This document shows positions 9,704 through 20,800 of a stretch of DNA of 64,000 bases, in pieces (position 1 is the stretch's first letter; each line of letters begins with the position of its first letter). The notes under the pieces are model-generated. The model worked only from the letters and a program-made list of their open reading frames with translations. It did not search any database and was not told the DNA's origin. This DNA is from Candidatus Eiseniibacteriota bacterium. GTDB lineage: Bacteria > Eisenbacteria > RBG-16-71-46 > CAVPCR01. The position numbers and the translations under genes are program-made. The stretch lies in assembly GCA_963823555.1 (NCBI GenBank), contig CAWGMA010000002.1, positions 192,001 to 256,000 on the forward strand, in the 5' to 3' direction.

Positions 9704-11384
9704 ATGATCCGGGATCTGGACCTGCTTGCCGGGGCGAGCTTCGATCTGATCGTGGTCGGGGGCGGGATCACCGGCGCCTTCGCCGCCTGGGATGCCGCCC
9801 TCCGCGGTCTATCCGTCGCCCTCATCGAGCGCGCCGACTTCGGCGGTGCCACCTCCGCCGCTTCCTCGAAGATCCTCCACGGCGGCATTCGCTACCTCCA
9901 GAAGGGCGAGGTCGGCAAGGTTCGCGAATCGCTCGTCGAGCGCGGCCGCTTTCTGACCATGGCTCCCCATCTGGTCACGCGCGTCCCCTTCCTGATCCCG
10001 ACCTACGGTCATGGCATGAGGGGCAAGGAAGTGCTCGCGCTCGCCATGACAGCCTACGAGACGATCGGGCTCGGTTTGAACGAGCGCATCCCCGACCCCG
10101 AGAAGCGCGTGCCTCGTTTCTCGCTTCTCACGCGGCGCGAAGTGCTCGATCTCGAGCCCGGGGTCGAGGCGCGCGGCCTCACCGGCGGGGTTCGCTTCGA
10201 CGAGTGCCACATGCACAACTCGGAGCGGATGACGCTCGCCGTCGTGCGGGCGGCGGCTGCAGCCGGAGCGGTCGTGGCGAACTACGTCGAGGCCACGGGT
10301 CTTCTCCGCGATGGGATGCGGGTCACGGGCGTGCGCGCGCGGGGCATGCTGGCGCCGGCTGTGCCGGAAGATTTCGCGGTGCGAGCCCGGATCGTCGCCA
10401 ACACGACGGGACCATGGGCCCCGCTCGTCGCGCGGGGCCTCGGCCACCCCGCCGGCGAGCGCTACGCACTGGCCAAGGGCTGCCACATCGTGACCCGCCC
10501 CATCACGCGGAGCGGAGCCCTCGCCATCGCCACCCGGCACAAGCGCGAGGGGCTCGTGACCCGCGGCGGGCGTCACCTCTTCGTCATCCCCTGGCGTGGT
10601 CGTTCGCTGATCGGGACCACCAACGTGCCGTTCACCGGGGATCCGGATCAGGTCGCCGTCACCGCGAAGGACGTGACCGATTTCATCGCCGAGATCAACG
10701 CCGCGTACCCGGCCGCGGGGCTCGCCCATGAAGATGTCGAGCACGCCTTTGCCGGCCTCTACCCGCTCATCGACACCGAGGTGCGTGCGGATGTCTACCA
10801 GGGCGCAAGCAAGGTCGAGATCCACGACCACGAGAAGGATGGCATCACCGGCCTGGTGACGGTGATCGGCGCCAAGTACACGACCGCGCGTCACCTGGCC
10901 GAGCTTGCGATCAACCTCGTCCATCGCAAGCTCGGTGCCGTACCGCCGCCTTCGCGCACGGCGGAGACGCCGGTTCCCGGAGGGCGCATCGAACGCTCAT
11001 CGGATTTCCTGGCCGCCGCGCTCGCCGCCGATGCGGAGGGCGCGAGGCTCGGCGAGGAGGTGGTGCGCGAGCTCGTTCACGCCTACGGCGACGAGATGGG
11101 GACGGTCGTGGTGCGGGTTGAGACGAACCCGGACGAGGGGCGGCGAGTGGCGGCCACCCGCCCCACCATTCGCGCCATGGTGCGGCACGCCGTCCAGGCG
11201 GAGATGGCGCTCCGGCTTTCCGACGTGGTCTTCCGTCGCACCGGGCTCGGCACCATCGGTCACCCGGGTGAGGACGTGCCTCGCCGAGTGCGCGGCGATC
11301 ATGGCCGAAGAGCTGGGCTGGGACCGTGACCGCAGAGATGCGGAGATCGCCGCGGTCGAGGGGTTGTTCCCGTCACTCGGCTGA
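9704..11384 (+). CDS. GlpD-like FAD-dependent glycerol-3-phosphate dehydrogenase/oxidase family protein, with one apparent frameshift near 11275
   Basis: DLIVVGGGITG, ATSAASSKILHGGIRYL, LIGTT, GAKYTTAR and LSDVVFRRT. The family-like C-terminus (CAAIMAEELGW) continues in another frame to the stop at 11384. Confidence 0.85.
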
Positions 11385-11390
11385 GCTCGC

Positions 11391-14300
11391 TTACTTGAGG
11401 AGCTGGATCTTCTGCGTGAACTCGCGACCTCCGGCCCGGAAGCGCACGAGGTAGACGCCCGAGCTGGCGACGCCGCCGCGGATGGTGCGGCCGTCCCAGA
11501 ACGCTGAGTGCTCGCCCGCCGGGAGATCGCCCTCGACGAGGGTACGCACGAGCTGGCCGGCGACATCGTAGATCCGGAGCTCGACCCTCGCTGGCGCCGG
11601 CAGATCGAAGCGCAGCATGGTCGACGGGTTGAACGGATTCGGTCGGGCCGCGTGGAGCGCGAGCTCGGTGGGCAGTGGTGCCGCTGGGGGCTCCCCGACC
11701 GATACCGTCGTCGGCGGATCACCCAGGAAGCCATTCTCGAGGTCGCGCAGGTCGGCGAACGGGAGATCGATTCCGCCGTGACCGCGGAAGCGGACGCGAG
11801 CTACCTCGCCCGTGCCGTGGATGGTGATTCCCTGACCGAGGACCGCGGCATGAAGCCCGAGCTCGTCGCCCTCGCTGAGATGCTGGAAGAAGGTGTCAGC
11901 ACCCTGGGCGCCGAGGAGCGGCCCCGGCCCCGCCTCCACCACGCTCAGGAGCGGATCGTGGCTGAGTCGCAGGTGGAAGGCCTTCACGGTGCCCGGATTG
12001 TCGACGAGCATGAGCCGGCACAGGATGCCGTCGGCGGTGGCCTCGGTGCGGAGCACGATCGTCGGCGTGCCGCCGGGGATATCCTCGAGCCCGGGCGCCG
12101 GCGGTCCCTGGGCGCCGACGGCGCTGTAGTTGATTGCCATCAGCACCAGATCCTCGAAGTCGACGAGATCGTCGGGCACAGGTCGGGCCAGGACCGAGTA
12201 ATCCGTCGTGGGCCCGATGTCGAGGTAGTTGAACTCGGTGCCCGGGATCGTGAAGTAATGGGTGGCAAAGAGGCTCACGTCCGGGGTCGTGACGGTGTTG
12301 TCGCCCTGCCCCGGCGTGGCGCCGTCGCTGACGTCACCCAGGTGATAGTTGAGGGCGCCGGCCGTGCGATTCGAGATCGCCGCGTTTCCGCACTCGTCCC
12401 TGGTGACGGCGACGTAGTACCAGAAGCCGCGAGTCGCGGGCTCGTCGAAGCCGTCGGCCACGTTATCGAGGGCGGCAACGTGAGTCCAGCCCGCGGGCGG
12501 ATAGCTCGTGGGTAGCGTCGGCTCGCTGCCGGCGTACTCGGGATAGTCGGGGAAGGGAGCCCGCCAGATCTCGGTCGTGGCTGCATCCGCTGGGCTGGTG
12601 AACGTGAGATGGACCTCGGTGGTGCCATCCGTATCGTTGTCGGCGAGAACCTGGGTCGCCGCGAGGTCCGTGACTGCGGCCGGCGGGGTCGCATCGCACT
12701 CGGCACAGAGGATCGTCAGGTCCTCGAGTGCGGGTGTGGTGGCGTGATCGGTCGTTGCGAGCACGGCCTGGTACTGGATGTAACGGCCCGCGGCGTTCAC
12801 CGGGTCGCCCGATGCGGCGATCGGGATCCACGAGCCCATGGCCAGGGGATCGTCGCCGGTTCGCACCGAGATGTCGATGCTCGTCCCGGCCGGAGTCGTT
12901 GCGGTCCAGGTGCAGTCGCTCCAGTAGGCGCGGCTCCCGTGGTCGAGGAGTCGCGAGGTGAAGGTACCGCTGGAGGCGTAGGGGGTCATGCGGATCCAGT
13001 CGAGCGTGAGGACCGCTCCGCCGGCTTGATCGCTCGCGACAGGCCTCATCAAGGCGGTGACAGCGGTGGTATGCGCTGCCTTGAGTGTGCCATCGACATA
13101 GTAGCGAACTTGTCCCGCGTCCCATTCGATACGGAAGCGATGAGTCACTCCGATCGTGACATCGGTGAGGTCCGTGTCCAGAGGTGAGCCGCCGTTCGTC
13201 CGTGCTTTGATTACCGTCCCACCAGGAAATCCTGTGCTGAAGATGGCCCATGGAGCAGCGTTGAGATCCGTCGCGAAGCCGACATGTTGTGATGTGCCGG
13301 CCTGGAAGGTCGCCCGGAATTCGATCGCGCGGGCGGGGCCGTAGGGGGCTGGAGGATAGGTGCTGGTCGCGAGTAGCGCCCCATCGATGGTGGCGACTCC
13401 TCCGGCGACCGAGGTGCCAACCCCGCCACTCCACGGAGTGCTCGTCCATCCCGCAGGCACCGCGGTCCCAAAGAAATCGCTACCCTCGGTTGGCTTGAGG
13501 ATCACCTCGCCGTCGCCGGTCGCGGCGACGTAGGTCGCTGTGCCGAAGTCGCCCTGGATGAAGTCGGCTGCCGTGTCGTCGGCGAAGCATGCCGTGGGTG
13601 GTGCCGGCGGTGTGGTGAAGCTGAGCGGATCGTCGGGCGATGCCGGCGAGGTCGCCGAGTTGTTCGCCGGGTCCTTCGACGTGGCCCGGTAGTAGTAGGT
13701 GGTGTTCGGCATGAGGCTGCCGAGCACGAGGGAGTGAGCCGTGACGAACGCGCCGTTCGTCACGTTCTGATCGAGGAGCGTCGGGCTTGTCCCGTAGTCG
13801 ACCCGGGAATCCGCCGGCTCGTCAGTGTCCCAGGTGATCGTGGCCGCGGTTCCGCCGGGATCGACCGTGGCGGCGAGGTTGGTGATGACCGGCGGATCGG
13901 GGTCGGGGCTTGTGGTGCAAGCGATCGCGAGGTCGCTGAGGACAGGCGTCGAGGTGCCGTCGCCCGTGAGGACGGCCTGGTACTGGATGTAGCGCGAGGA
14001 GACGCCGACCGGATCGCCGTTGGCGATGGCGTTGAACACGGTCCAGGTGCCATCAGGCGTGGGGGTGTCGCCCGTGCGCACGCTCAGCGCGAGGCCGGTC
14101 CCCGATGGCGTATCGGCGGTCCACGTGATGGCGCCCCAGGTGGCCGCGCTCCCGGCATCGCCGATACGGGACTCAAAGGTACCGGCGAGCGCGTATGGAG
14201 ACATGCGGATCCAGTCGAGGGCGAGTGTCGCTCCACCAGGCCAATCACTGGCCGCGGGTCGCATCGGTCCGGCGACCGTGACCGTGTGCGTTGCCTTGAG

Positions 14301-16778
14301 CGTGCCATCGACGAAGTAGCGGACCTCGCCTGCATCCCACTCGATGCGGAAGCGATGGGGGATGCTGATCGCGACGCCGGTGAGGTCTGTGCTCGTCTCG
14401 GCGCTGATGGCGCTACGCGTTCGCGCCTTGAGCACCGATCCTCCCCCATTGCTGAAGATGGCCCACGGTGGGGCGTTGAGATCCGTCGCGAATCCGATGT
14501 GCTGACCTGTGTTGGCTTCGAACGTCGCCACGAACTCGATCGCGCGGCCGGGGCCGTAGCTGGGCGCCCCGCTCGTCGCGAGTAGCGCCCCATCGATCGT
14601 GGCAACGCCTCCGGCGACCGACGTGCCAATCCCCGCATCCCACGTAGTGCTCGTCCAGCCGGCAGGCATCGTGGTCCCGAAGAACTCGCTACCCGCGGTG
14701 GGCTTGAGGATCACCTCGCCGTCATCGGTGGCGGCGACGTAGGTATCCGTTCCGGTCGTTCCATCCAGGAAATCGTCCGCCACGTCGTCGATGAAGCAGG
14801 GCGGCGCCGGGGGTGCCGGTGTGGTGAACATGGCCGGGGGTGTGGGCTCGGTGGCCGAGTTGTTCGAGGGGTCCACCGAGGTCACCTGGAAGTAGTAGGT
14901 GGTGCTCGGTGAGAGCCCGGTGAGCCCGAGCGAGTGGTTCGTGACGAACGGCGTGCCGGTCGCGCTCTGGTCGAGCAATCCTGGATCGGTCCCGTAATCC
15001 ACTCGCGAGTTGGCCGCCTCATCGGTATCCCAGGTGATGGTGGCGATCGTGCCTCCGGGATCCGGGGTGGCGACGATGTTCGAGATCACGGGTGGGGTGG
15101 TGTCCGGGCCCACGTCGCAGCTCACACTGACGTCGGCGAGCACCGGAGTGACACGCGTATCGCTCGTGGCCAGATCGGCCTGGTACTGGATGTAGCGCGA
15201 AGCACCGCCCACCGTGGCGCCCTGCGTCACCGGGTTGAACTCGGTCCAGGTGCCGTCGGGCGTGGCCGTGTTGCCCGTGCGCACGGCCAAGGCGACCGTC
15301 GTTCCCGCGGGCGACTCTGCTGTCCAGCTGATGACCCCCCAGGTTGCCGTATCGCCGGCGTCGTAGGCGCGCGAGGTGAAGGTGCCGGCTGCGGCATAGG
15401 GGGTGATGCGCAGCCAGTTGGCATCGAGGGCGATGCCATTGGCAGCGGGTCCATCATCGCTCACCTGCACGACCATTGACGTCCCGACGGTCAGGTTGAA
15501 CGTGGCCAGCTGCACCCCGTCCACGTAGAAGACGAAGCTGTTCGCATTCCAGTCGATGCGGTAGCGGTGCGGCGTGTTGAGGAGCGATGCCGACAGGAGG
15601 GTCTCACCGGCGCTGCTTCGAGCATAGAGATTGCTTCCGGCTCCAGTTCCGCGCCCGATCACGACCCATGGTGCATTGAACGCGAAGTCCGATGCGAAAC
15701 CGATGTTCTGGTAGTCGTCGGCGCGGAAGGTCGCTTCGAATTCAAGGGATGTTCCGGGGCCGAAGAGCGCCGTGGTTGCGGCGTGAGCCTCGTCGACCGT
15801 GAGCTTGCCGCTGGCCACCGTCGCCGTGCCACCCGTTCCCCAGGCTTCCGACTGCCACCCCGCCGGAAGCGCGCTGCCCGAGAACTCCGCCCCCTCGGTG
15901 GGGCGGAGGATCACCTCCCCATCGTCGGTCATGGCGACATACGTATCCGCTCCCGTCGTCCCGGCCTCGAAGTCGGCCACCAGGTCATCGACGAAGCAGG
16001 TGAGCCCGGGCATCGTGAAGCTCAACGTGGCCGGCGGTGCCGGCTCGGTGGTCGGGTTCCCCGCGCCGTCCTCCGAGGTCACCCGGTAGTGATAGGTGGC
16101 ATTCGCCGTCAACCCCATGAGCGTGATCGAGTGGGACGTGACAAGGCTCCCACTTGCTTCGCTCAGATCGAGCAGCCCGGGATCCGTTCCGTAGTCCACG
16201 CGCGAATCGGCCGGCTCGTTCGTGGTCCAGGTGATGGTGGCTGTACCGTCGCCGTGCGGCGTGGCCACGATGGTCGTGATGAGGGGTGGCGTCGTGTCGA
16301 TGAGGTAGCTCGCCACGTAATCGCCATCCTCCGCCGGGAAAAAGGCGTACTCGATACCCTTGATGGTCTCGGTCGAATAGGTGATCGGGATCGCGTTCCG
16401 GGTGATGCCGGTGAGCTGGCCAACGGCGGCCAGGGTGGGCAGCATGCCCCGCAGGTTGCGCGAGCCGGCCGCGGTCGTGATCGAGAAGCTCAGGGTGTTG
16501 CTGTTCCAGACGAGATTCTGGAAGGCCGAGCCATTCCGGCCGTCGAGCCAGTCGAGCATCTGCTTGGCCGACACCACGGGGACATCGCGGGCCAGGGCCG
16601 AGGCGACGATCGCGTCGGAGCCGGGTGGCTCGGTTGGTCGAAGTGCATGTTGGTCGCGAACGACACCGTAGTACCCCTCGGCGCCGAGCGCGCGATCGAG
16701 GAGCGTCGATAGAGAACTGGGGAAGTCCTGGCCCGACTCGTCGGTCATCTGGGTCGTGACCTGGTAGCAGTCGATCAT
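11391..16778 (-). CDS. C-terminal part of a giant secreted multidomain protein (three ~400-aa FN3/beta-sandwich repeats, dockerin-like pair, cohesin-like domain, FlgD-Ig tail)
   Basis: Repeated DTTPPxI..I.AT/ITW.T.E.A.SRVDYGT/YIQYQA modules and terminal PNPFNPST.LRFDLP...IYDVAGQLVRTL...SSGVY. It lacks its own signal peptide and continues the upstream ORF across frameshifts. Confidence 0.8.
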   Translation of the reverse strand: MIDCYQVTTQMTDESGQDFPSSLSTLLDRALGAEGYYGVVRDQHALRPTEPPGSDAIVASALARDVPVVSAKQMLDWLDGRNGSAFQNLVWNSNTLSFSITTAAGSRNLRGMLPTLAAVGQLTGITRNAIPITYSTETIKGIEYAFFPAEDGDYVASYLIDTTPPLITTIVATPHGDGTATITWTTNEPADSRVDYGTDPGLLDLSEASGSLVTSHSITLMGLTANATYHYRVTSEDGAGNPTTEPAPPATLSFTMPGLTCFVDDLVADFEAGTTGADTYVAMTDDGEVILRPTEGAEFSGSALPAGWQSEAWGTGGTATVASGKLTVDEAHAATTALFGPGTSLEFEATFRADDYQNIGFASDFAFNAPWVVIGRGTGAGSNLYARSSAGETLLSASLLNTPHRYRIDWNANSFVFYVDGVQLATFNLTVGTSMVVQVSDDGPAANGIALDANWLRITPYAAAGTFTSRAYDAGDTATWGVISWTAESPAGTTVALAVRTGNTATPDGTWTEFNPVTQGATVGGASRYIQYQADLATSDTRVTPVLADVSVSCDVGPDTTPPVISNIVATPDPGGTIATITWDTDEAANSRVDYGTDPGLLDQSATGTPFVTNHSLGLTGLSPSTTYYFQVTSVDPSNNSATEPTPPAMFTTPAPPAPPCFIDDVADDFLDGTTGTDTYVAATDDGEVILKPTAGSEFFGTTMPAGWTSTTWDAGIGTSVAGGVATIDGALLATSGAPSYGPGRAIEFVATFEANTGQHIGFATDLNAPPWAIFSNGGGSVLKARTRSAISAETSTDLTGVAISIPHRFRIEWDAGEVRYFVDGTLKATHTVTVAGPMRPAASDWPGGATLALDWIRMSPYALAGTFESRIGDAGSAATWGAITWTADTPSGTGLALSVRTGDTPTPDGTWTVFNAIANGDPVGVSSRYIQYQAVLTGDGTSTPVLSDLAIACTTSPDPDPPVITNLAATVDPGGTAATITWDTDEPADSRVDYGTSPTLLDQNVTNGAFVTAHSLVLGSLMPNTTYYYRATSKDPANNSATSPASPDDPLSFTTPPAPPTACFADDTAADFIQGDFGTATYVAATGDGEVILKPTEGSDFFGTAVPAGWTSTPWSGGVGTSVAGGVATIDGALLATSTYPPAPYGPARAIEFRATFQAGTSQHVGFATDLNAAPWAIFSTGFPGGTVIKARTNGGSPLDTDLTDVTIGVTHRFRIEWDAGQVRYYVDGTLKAAHTTAVTALMRPVASDQAGGAVLTLDWIRMTPYASSGTFTSRLLDHGSRAYWSDCTWTATTPAGTSIDISVRTGDDPLAMGSWIPIAASGDPVNAAGRYIQYQAVLATTDHATTPALEDLTILCAECDATPPAAVTDLAATQVLADNDTDGTTEVHLTFTSPADAATTEIWRAPFPDYPEYAGSEPTLPTSYPPAGWTHVAALDNVADGFDEPATRGFWYYVAVTRDECGNAAISNRTAGALNYHLGDVSDGATPGQGDNTVTTPDVSLFATHYFTIPGTEFNYLDIGPTTDYSVLARPVPDDLVDFEDLVLMAINYSAVGAQGPPAPGLEDIPGGTPTIVLRTEATADGILCRLMLVDNPGTVKAFHLRLSHDPLLSVVEAGPGPLLGAQGADTFFQHLSEGDELGLHAAVLGQGITIHGTGEVARVRFRGHGGIDLPFADLRDLENGFLGDPPTTVSVGEPPAAPLPTELALHAARPNPFNPSTMLRFDLPAPARVELRIYDVAGQLVRTLVEGDLPAGEHSAFWDGRTIRGGVASSGVYLVRFRAGGREFTQKIQLLK
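12700..16300 (-). repeat. Three diverged ~1.2-kb intragenic domain repeats
   Basis: Units start near 16300, 15104 and 13904 on the minus strand. Each has SRVDYGT, CF.DD...DF..G, DGEVIL.PT.G, HRF/YRI.W and YIQYQA. Confidence 0.85.
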
Positions 16779-17880
16779 CGTGCCGTCGGTCGCGCGAAAC
16801 GCATCGGCATCCCGGATCCGGTGAACATGCCGGGACGATCCAGGACCCAGCTGCCGGGCCAGTAGTAGTAGTTGGTGTCGAGGCGGATGCCGTAGGCAGC
16901 CTCGACCTCGGCCCGTGGCCCAGTCGCTCCAGGCGATGCAGTGGTTGCGGTTGGTCGCAGGGACCGGGATGCTGGGGTACGGCGTTCGCGAACGTGGCGA
17001 GCTGACTCGCGTAGCCGCTTCGCAGCTGATGTTGCCGGTCCAGTCGGCGCATCCGGTGTTGACGTGCAGCGCGATCTCGAAGCCCGAGGCCGTGCATAGT
17101 AGGCGGCCTGGGCATCGGTGAACGTGCTACCCGGGTAGATGTACGCCTGTGGCGCGCACGCACTCCCAGTCGTCCACCGAGCAGCCCCCGGGGCTCTGGG
17201 CCAGGTAGAGCGTCGAAGCGCGGCTGCATGCCGTCAGCGCCGTGGTCGTCGCCGGTCATGACGATCGCGGCCTTGAGCCCCCGCGGCAGGTACCAGAACC
17301 GCGGCAGCGGATAGCGATCGACGATTGCCCTGGAGGATCAGGTTGGCGAGGAGCCGCTGCTGCTCGTCGGCCTGCGGGATCGCGACCTTGTCGAGATCGA
17401 CCCAGTCCGGCTGCGGATCGCCGGCCGCGTTCCCGTAGAAGAGATCGTCGGAGCGGATGGGTGGCTGATGCCGTCGCGCTCCTGGCCGATCCAGGCCGGG
17501 TTCCCCTGGCGGGTGTAGACCACCGAGCGCGCGAGATCGTAGGTGAAGGCCACGGCCTGCCCACCGTTGACCCCGACGTCGCGGAGCGTGACCGCGGGAT
17601 TCGTGGTCGCGGTCGTGGCGTCGGAGTAGAGCGTGGCGAGACTCGTCGCGCCGGACAGCGTGTAGAGATCGGCGGCACCGTGGAACTGGATCGTCTCCCC
17701 GACGATGCCCACGCCCGGACCCGAGGCGGTGTCGACGAGGAGGTAGCGGTCCTCGAGCGTGCCGCCGGCTAGCGTGAGTCCGAGGAGCCCGGCCAGTTGC
17801 GCGTCGGGCCGCATGGCGATCAAGAGGCCGCCCGCGTCCGTCCAGTCGCTGAGCATCGTCACGTCCGCCGCGGCCGAGCG
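16620..17880 (-). other. Indel-rich middle segment of the giant gene
   Basis: Coherent protein sequence hops between frames: VVILGEMPL > TMLSDW...QERDG > PIRSDDLF...QQRLLANLI > PRFWYLPRG..MTGDDH > RLDTNYYYWP..MFTGSGMPMR > TMIDCYQ. Confidence 0.75.
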
Positions 17881-20800
17881 GCATCTCGCCGAGGATCACG
17901 ACGTCGTAGTCCGTGAGCACGGCCGGAGTGACGAGCGAGAGATCCATGGCCGTGAACTCGTTCAGGCCCTCGGCGCGCAGGATCTCGGCGAAGTAGCGGC
18001 TGAAGGGATTGGCGCCGGTGCTGATCACGAGGATGGGTCCGCCCGGGCCCTCGGTCGGCGGCGGGCCGGCCGTGGTGAAGGACCAGCTCACATCCGCGGC
18101 GAGCGGGTTCCCGGCCACGTCCTTGATGTGAGGAGGACTGGCTCCACCGCGCAGGATCGCGGTGTAGGTCGTTGCGTAGTCGAGCGGCGAGGTGGGGGTG
18201 AGGGTGGCGGTCCGCGTCGGGTTGTCCCAGCTCACCGTGGCGCCGACCGAAGCGCTCCCCGGATCCAGGAGCTCGAAGGTGGACGAGTTCACGGTGGCCG
18301 GGTCGAGGGGCTCGCTGAAGGTGGCCGTGGCGCTCGCACTCACTGCGACATTGGTCGCGCCCGGAGACGGCGACCGCGTGATCACCGTCGGTGGCGTGAC
18401 ATCGGGGCCGACCGAGGTCGCGAACACGAGATCCACCCAGTAGTTGCTCTTGTTGTAGCTCGAGGTGGGGAAGGCACTGGAGCCGTAAACATACACACCG
18501 TTGGGACCATCCTCACCATCGGCCAGGCCTTCGAGCGGGCCGTTCACCACCGCAGAGTTGAAGTAGGGGCTCGTATCGGCGAAGTAGAGCGGACTGTGAT
18601 AGGAGATGACATAGGTCGTGTTGGCGGCGATCGGGACCGGAGCGTCAAAGGCCTGTTCCTGCCAGCCGGACGCGGTCTCGCCAACGAACGTGACCTGGGA
18701 CAGAAGCACTCCCGAGCTCGACCACAAGCTCCCGATATGCTCGCCGGTGTTCAGTGCGCCCTTGTAGAAGCGGACACCGGTCACGTATCCGTCCACGCTC
18801 GAGCGGAACTTCATCCCGAGCTCGATGGGTTGGTTGTCTGTGACGTCGGTCTGCGCCGGCAGATCGGTCGGCTGGAACACGGTGCACGGGCAGTCGAAAC
18901 TCGCGACGATGAAGCTCCAGGTGTAATCGGCAGAGAGGGCGTTACCGGCCAGGTCCTTGATGCGGGGGTCGGTCGCGCCGCCCTTCAGGGTGGCCGTGTA
19001 CTCGGTGACCTCGGCGAGCGGCGCCGATGGAGTCAGGCTGGCGGTGCGCGTGTAGACGTTGTAGCTCACGGTCGCGGGGACGAGCGTGTTCGTCGCATCA
19101 CGGAGCTCGAAGGTCGAGGTGCTGACGCTGGTCGGGTTCAGCGCCTCGTTGAAGACGGCGCTCACGACCACGCCGGGCGAGACCCCGGTGGCGCCTGTTG
19201 TGGGCACGGTCGAGACGACCGCGGGCGGCGTCACATCGGGCACCGATGTGGTGAAGGACCAGACGTAGTCGGCGGCCAGGGGATTTCCAGCCAGGTCCTT
19301 GATGCGCGGATCGGTCGCGCCTCCCCTCAGCCGCGCCGTGTAGACGGTCGAGCTCTCGAGCGCGGTTCCTGGGGTGAGCGTCGCCGTACGGCTCGGGGCG
19401 TCGTACTCGACGGTCGCCAGCACCGGGTTGTCGAGCGGATCGCGGAGGTCGAAGGTGGCGCTGCCGACCGTCGCCGGATCGAGGGGCTCACTGAAGACGG
19501 CGCTCACGACCGTGTTGGTGGCAACCCCCGTGGCTCCGTTGCCGGGGCTCGTTGCCACCACCGTGGGCGGGGTCACGTCGGGCCCGCCGGGCAGCTCGAA
19601 GACGACATCCACCCAGTAGTTGCTGGCGGCATAGAGCCCGCCGGGGGCCTGGGTGGGGAAGGCTGGACCACTGGAGGAGTAGACAAAGACCCCGTTGCTT
19701 CCATCCTCGCCGTTGGCGAGGGCGCGGAGCGGTCCGCTCACCACCGGATTCGTGAAGTAGGCGTAGTCGACCGAGAAGTAGCCGGTCGGGGAGTAATAGG
19801 AGGCGACATAGGTGGTCCCGGTCGTGACGTCGACCGGCGTTGCGAACAGCACCTCCTGCCAGCCCGAAGCGCTCTCCCCCGTGAAGGTGGCCTGTCCGAG
19901 GAGAACGCCCGTGCTCGACCACAGGCTCCCGACATGCGTGCCGGTGTTCGAGACACCCTTGTAGAAGCGGATGCCGGAAATCGTGCCGTCGGTCGTGACC
20001 TGGAACTTGACTCCGAGCTCGAGTGCCTGGCTGTCCGTGACATTGGGATACACGGGAGTCGCCGTGGGGGGGAAGATGGTGTAAGGCCCCGAGGGCGAAG
20101 CCTCGGTCACGGTCACGGTGACGGCATTCGGCGCTGGCGCGCTCGCGGCAACCTCGAGGTTCCCGAGGTCGTCGAAGGCGCGGCTCTTGATCGTGACGCT
20201 GCCGGTGGCGCCGGGAACCCAGACCAGGCTCCAGCTCGTCGTACCGGTGGCGCGCTGCCAGGTGACGCCGTCGTCCACCGAGATCTCGACTCCGGCGACA
20301 ATGCCATCGATCTCGGTCGCGGTGCCGGTGATGGTGACCGGAGTGCCGCTCGGGAGCGAGGCTCCGGGCGCGGGGAAGCCGATCGTCGATGTGGGGGCGG
20401 TGAGGTCGGCCGCGCCGGTCGCCGGCACGAGATCGCCCTGCGGCGTTGCGGGCTGGGCATTCATGTCGGCAAAGAGATTCAACGTCGCCTGCTGCATGGC
20501 GAGGCTCGGCGGATCGCTCCCCCGATCGTGAGTGCCATCGAGACCCCACGACCACTGCACGGTGCCAGCGCCGAAGACGAGGGCGCCGCTCGTGTGCCGA
20601 TAGAGCGAGAGATGGTGCGTGTGGTTGTTGTAGACGGTGGTCGAAAGATGCACGCGTCCCGGCGGGTAGTGCTCTCCGTACTGCTCGAAGTCCCACTCGT
20701 AGCCGAGGGTGCCGGGAGTGAGCGTGAGGCTCTGGCCGGATGGTAGGGTGGCGACCGCCGTGTTCCGCCAGAAGCGAAGGTTCCCGTAGGTGTCCGGAAC

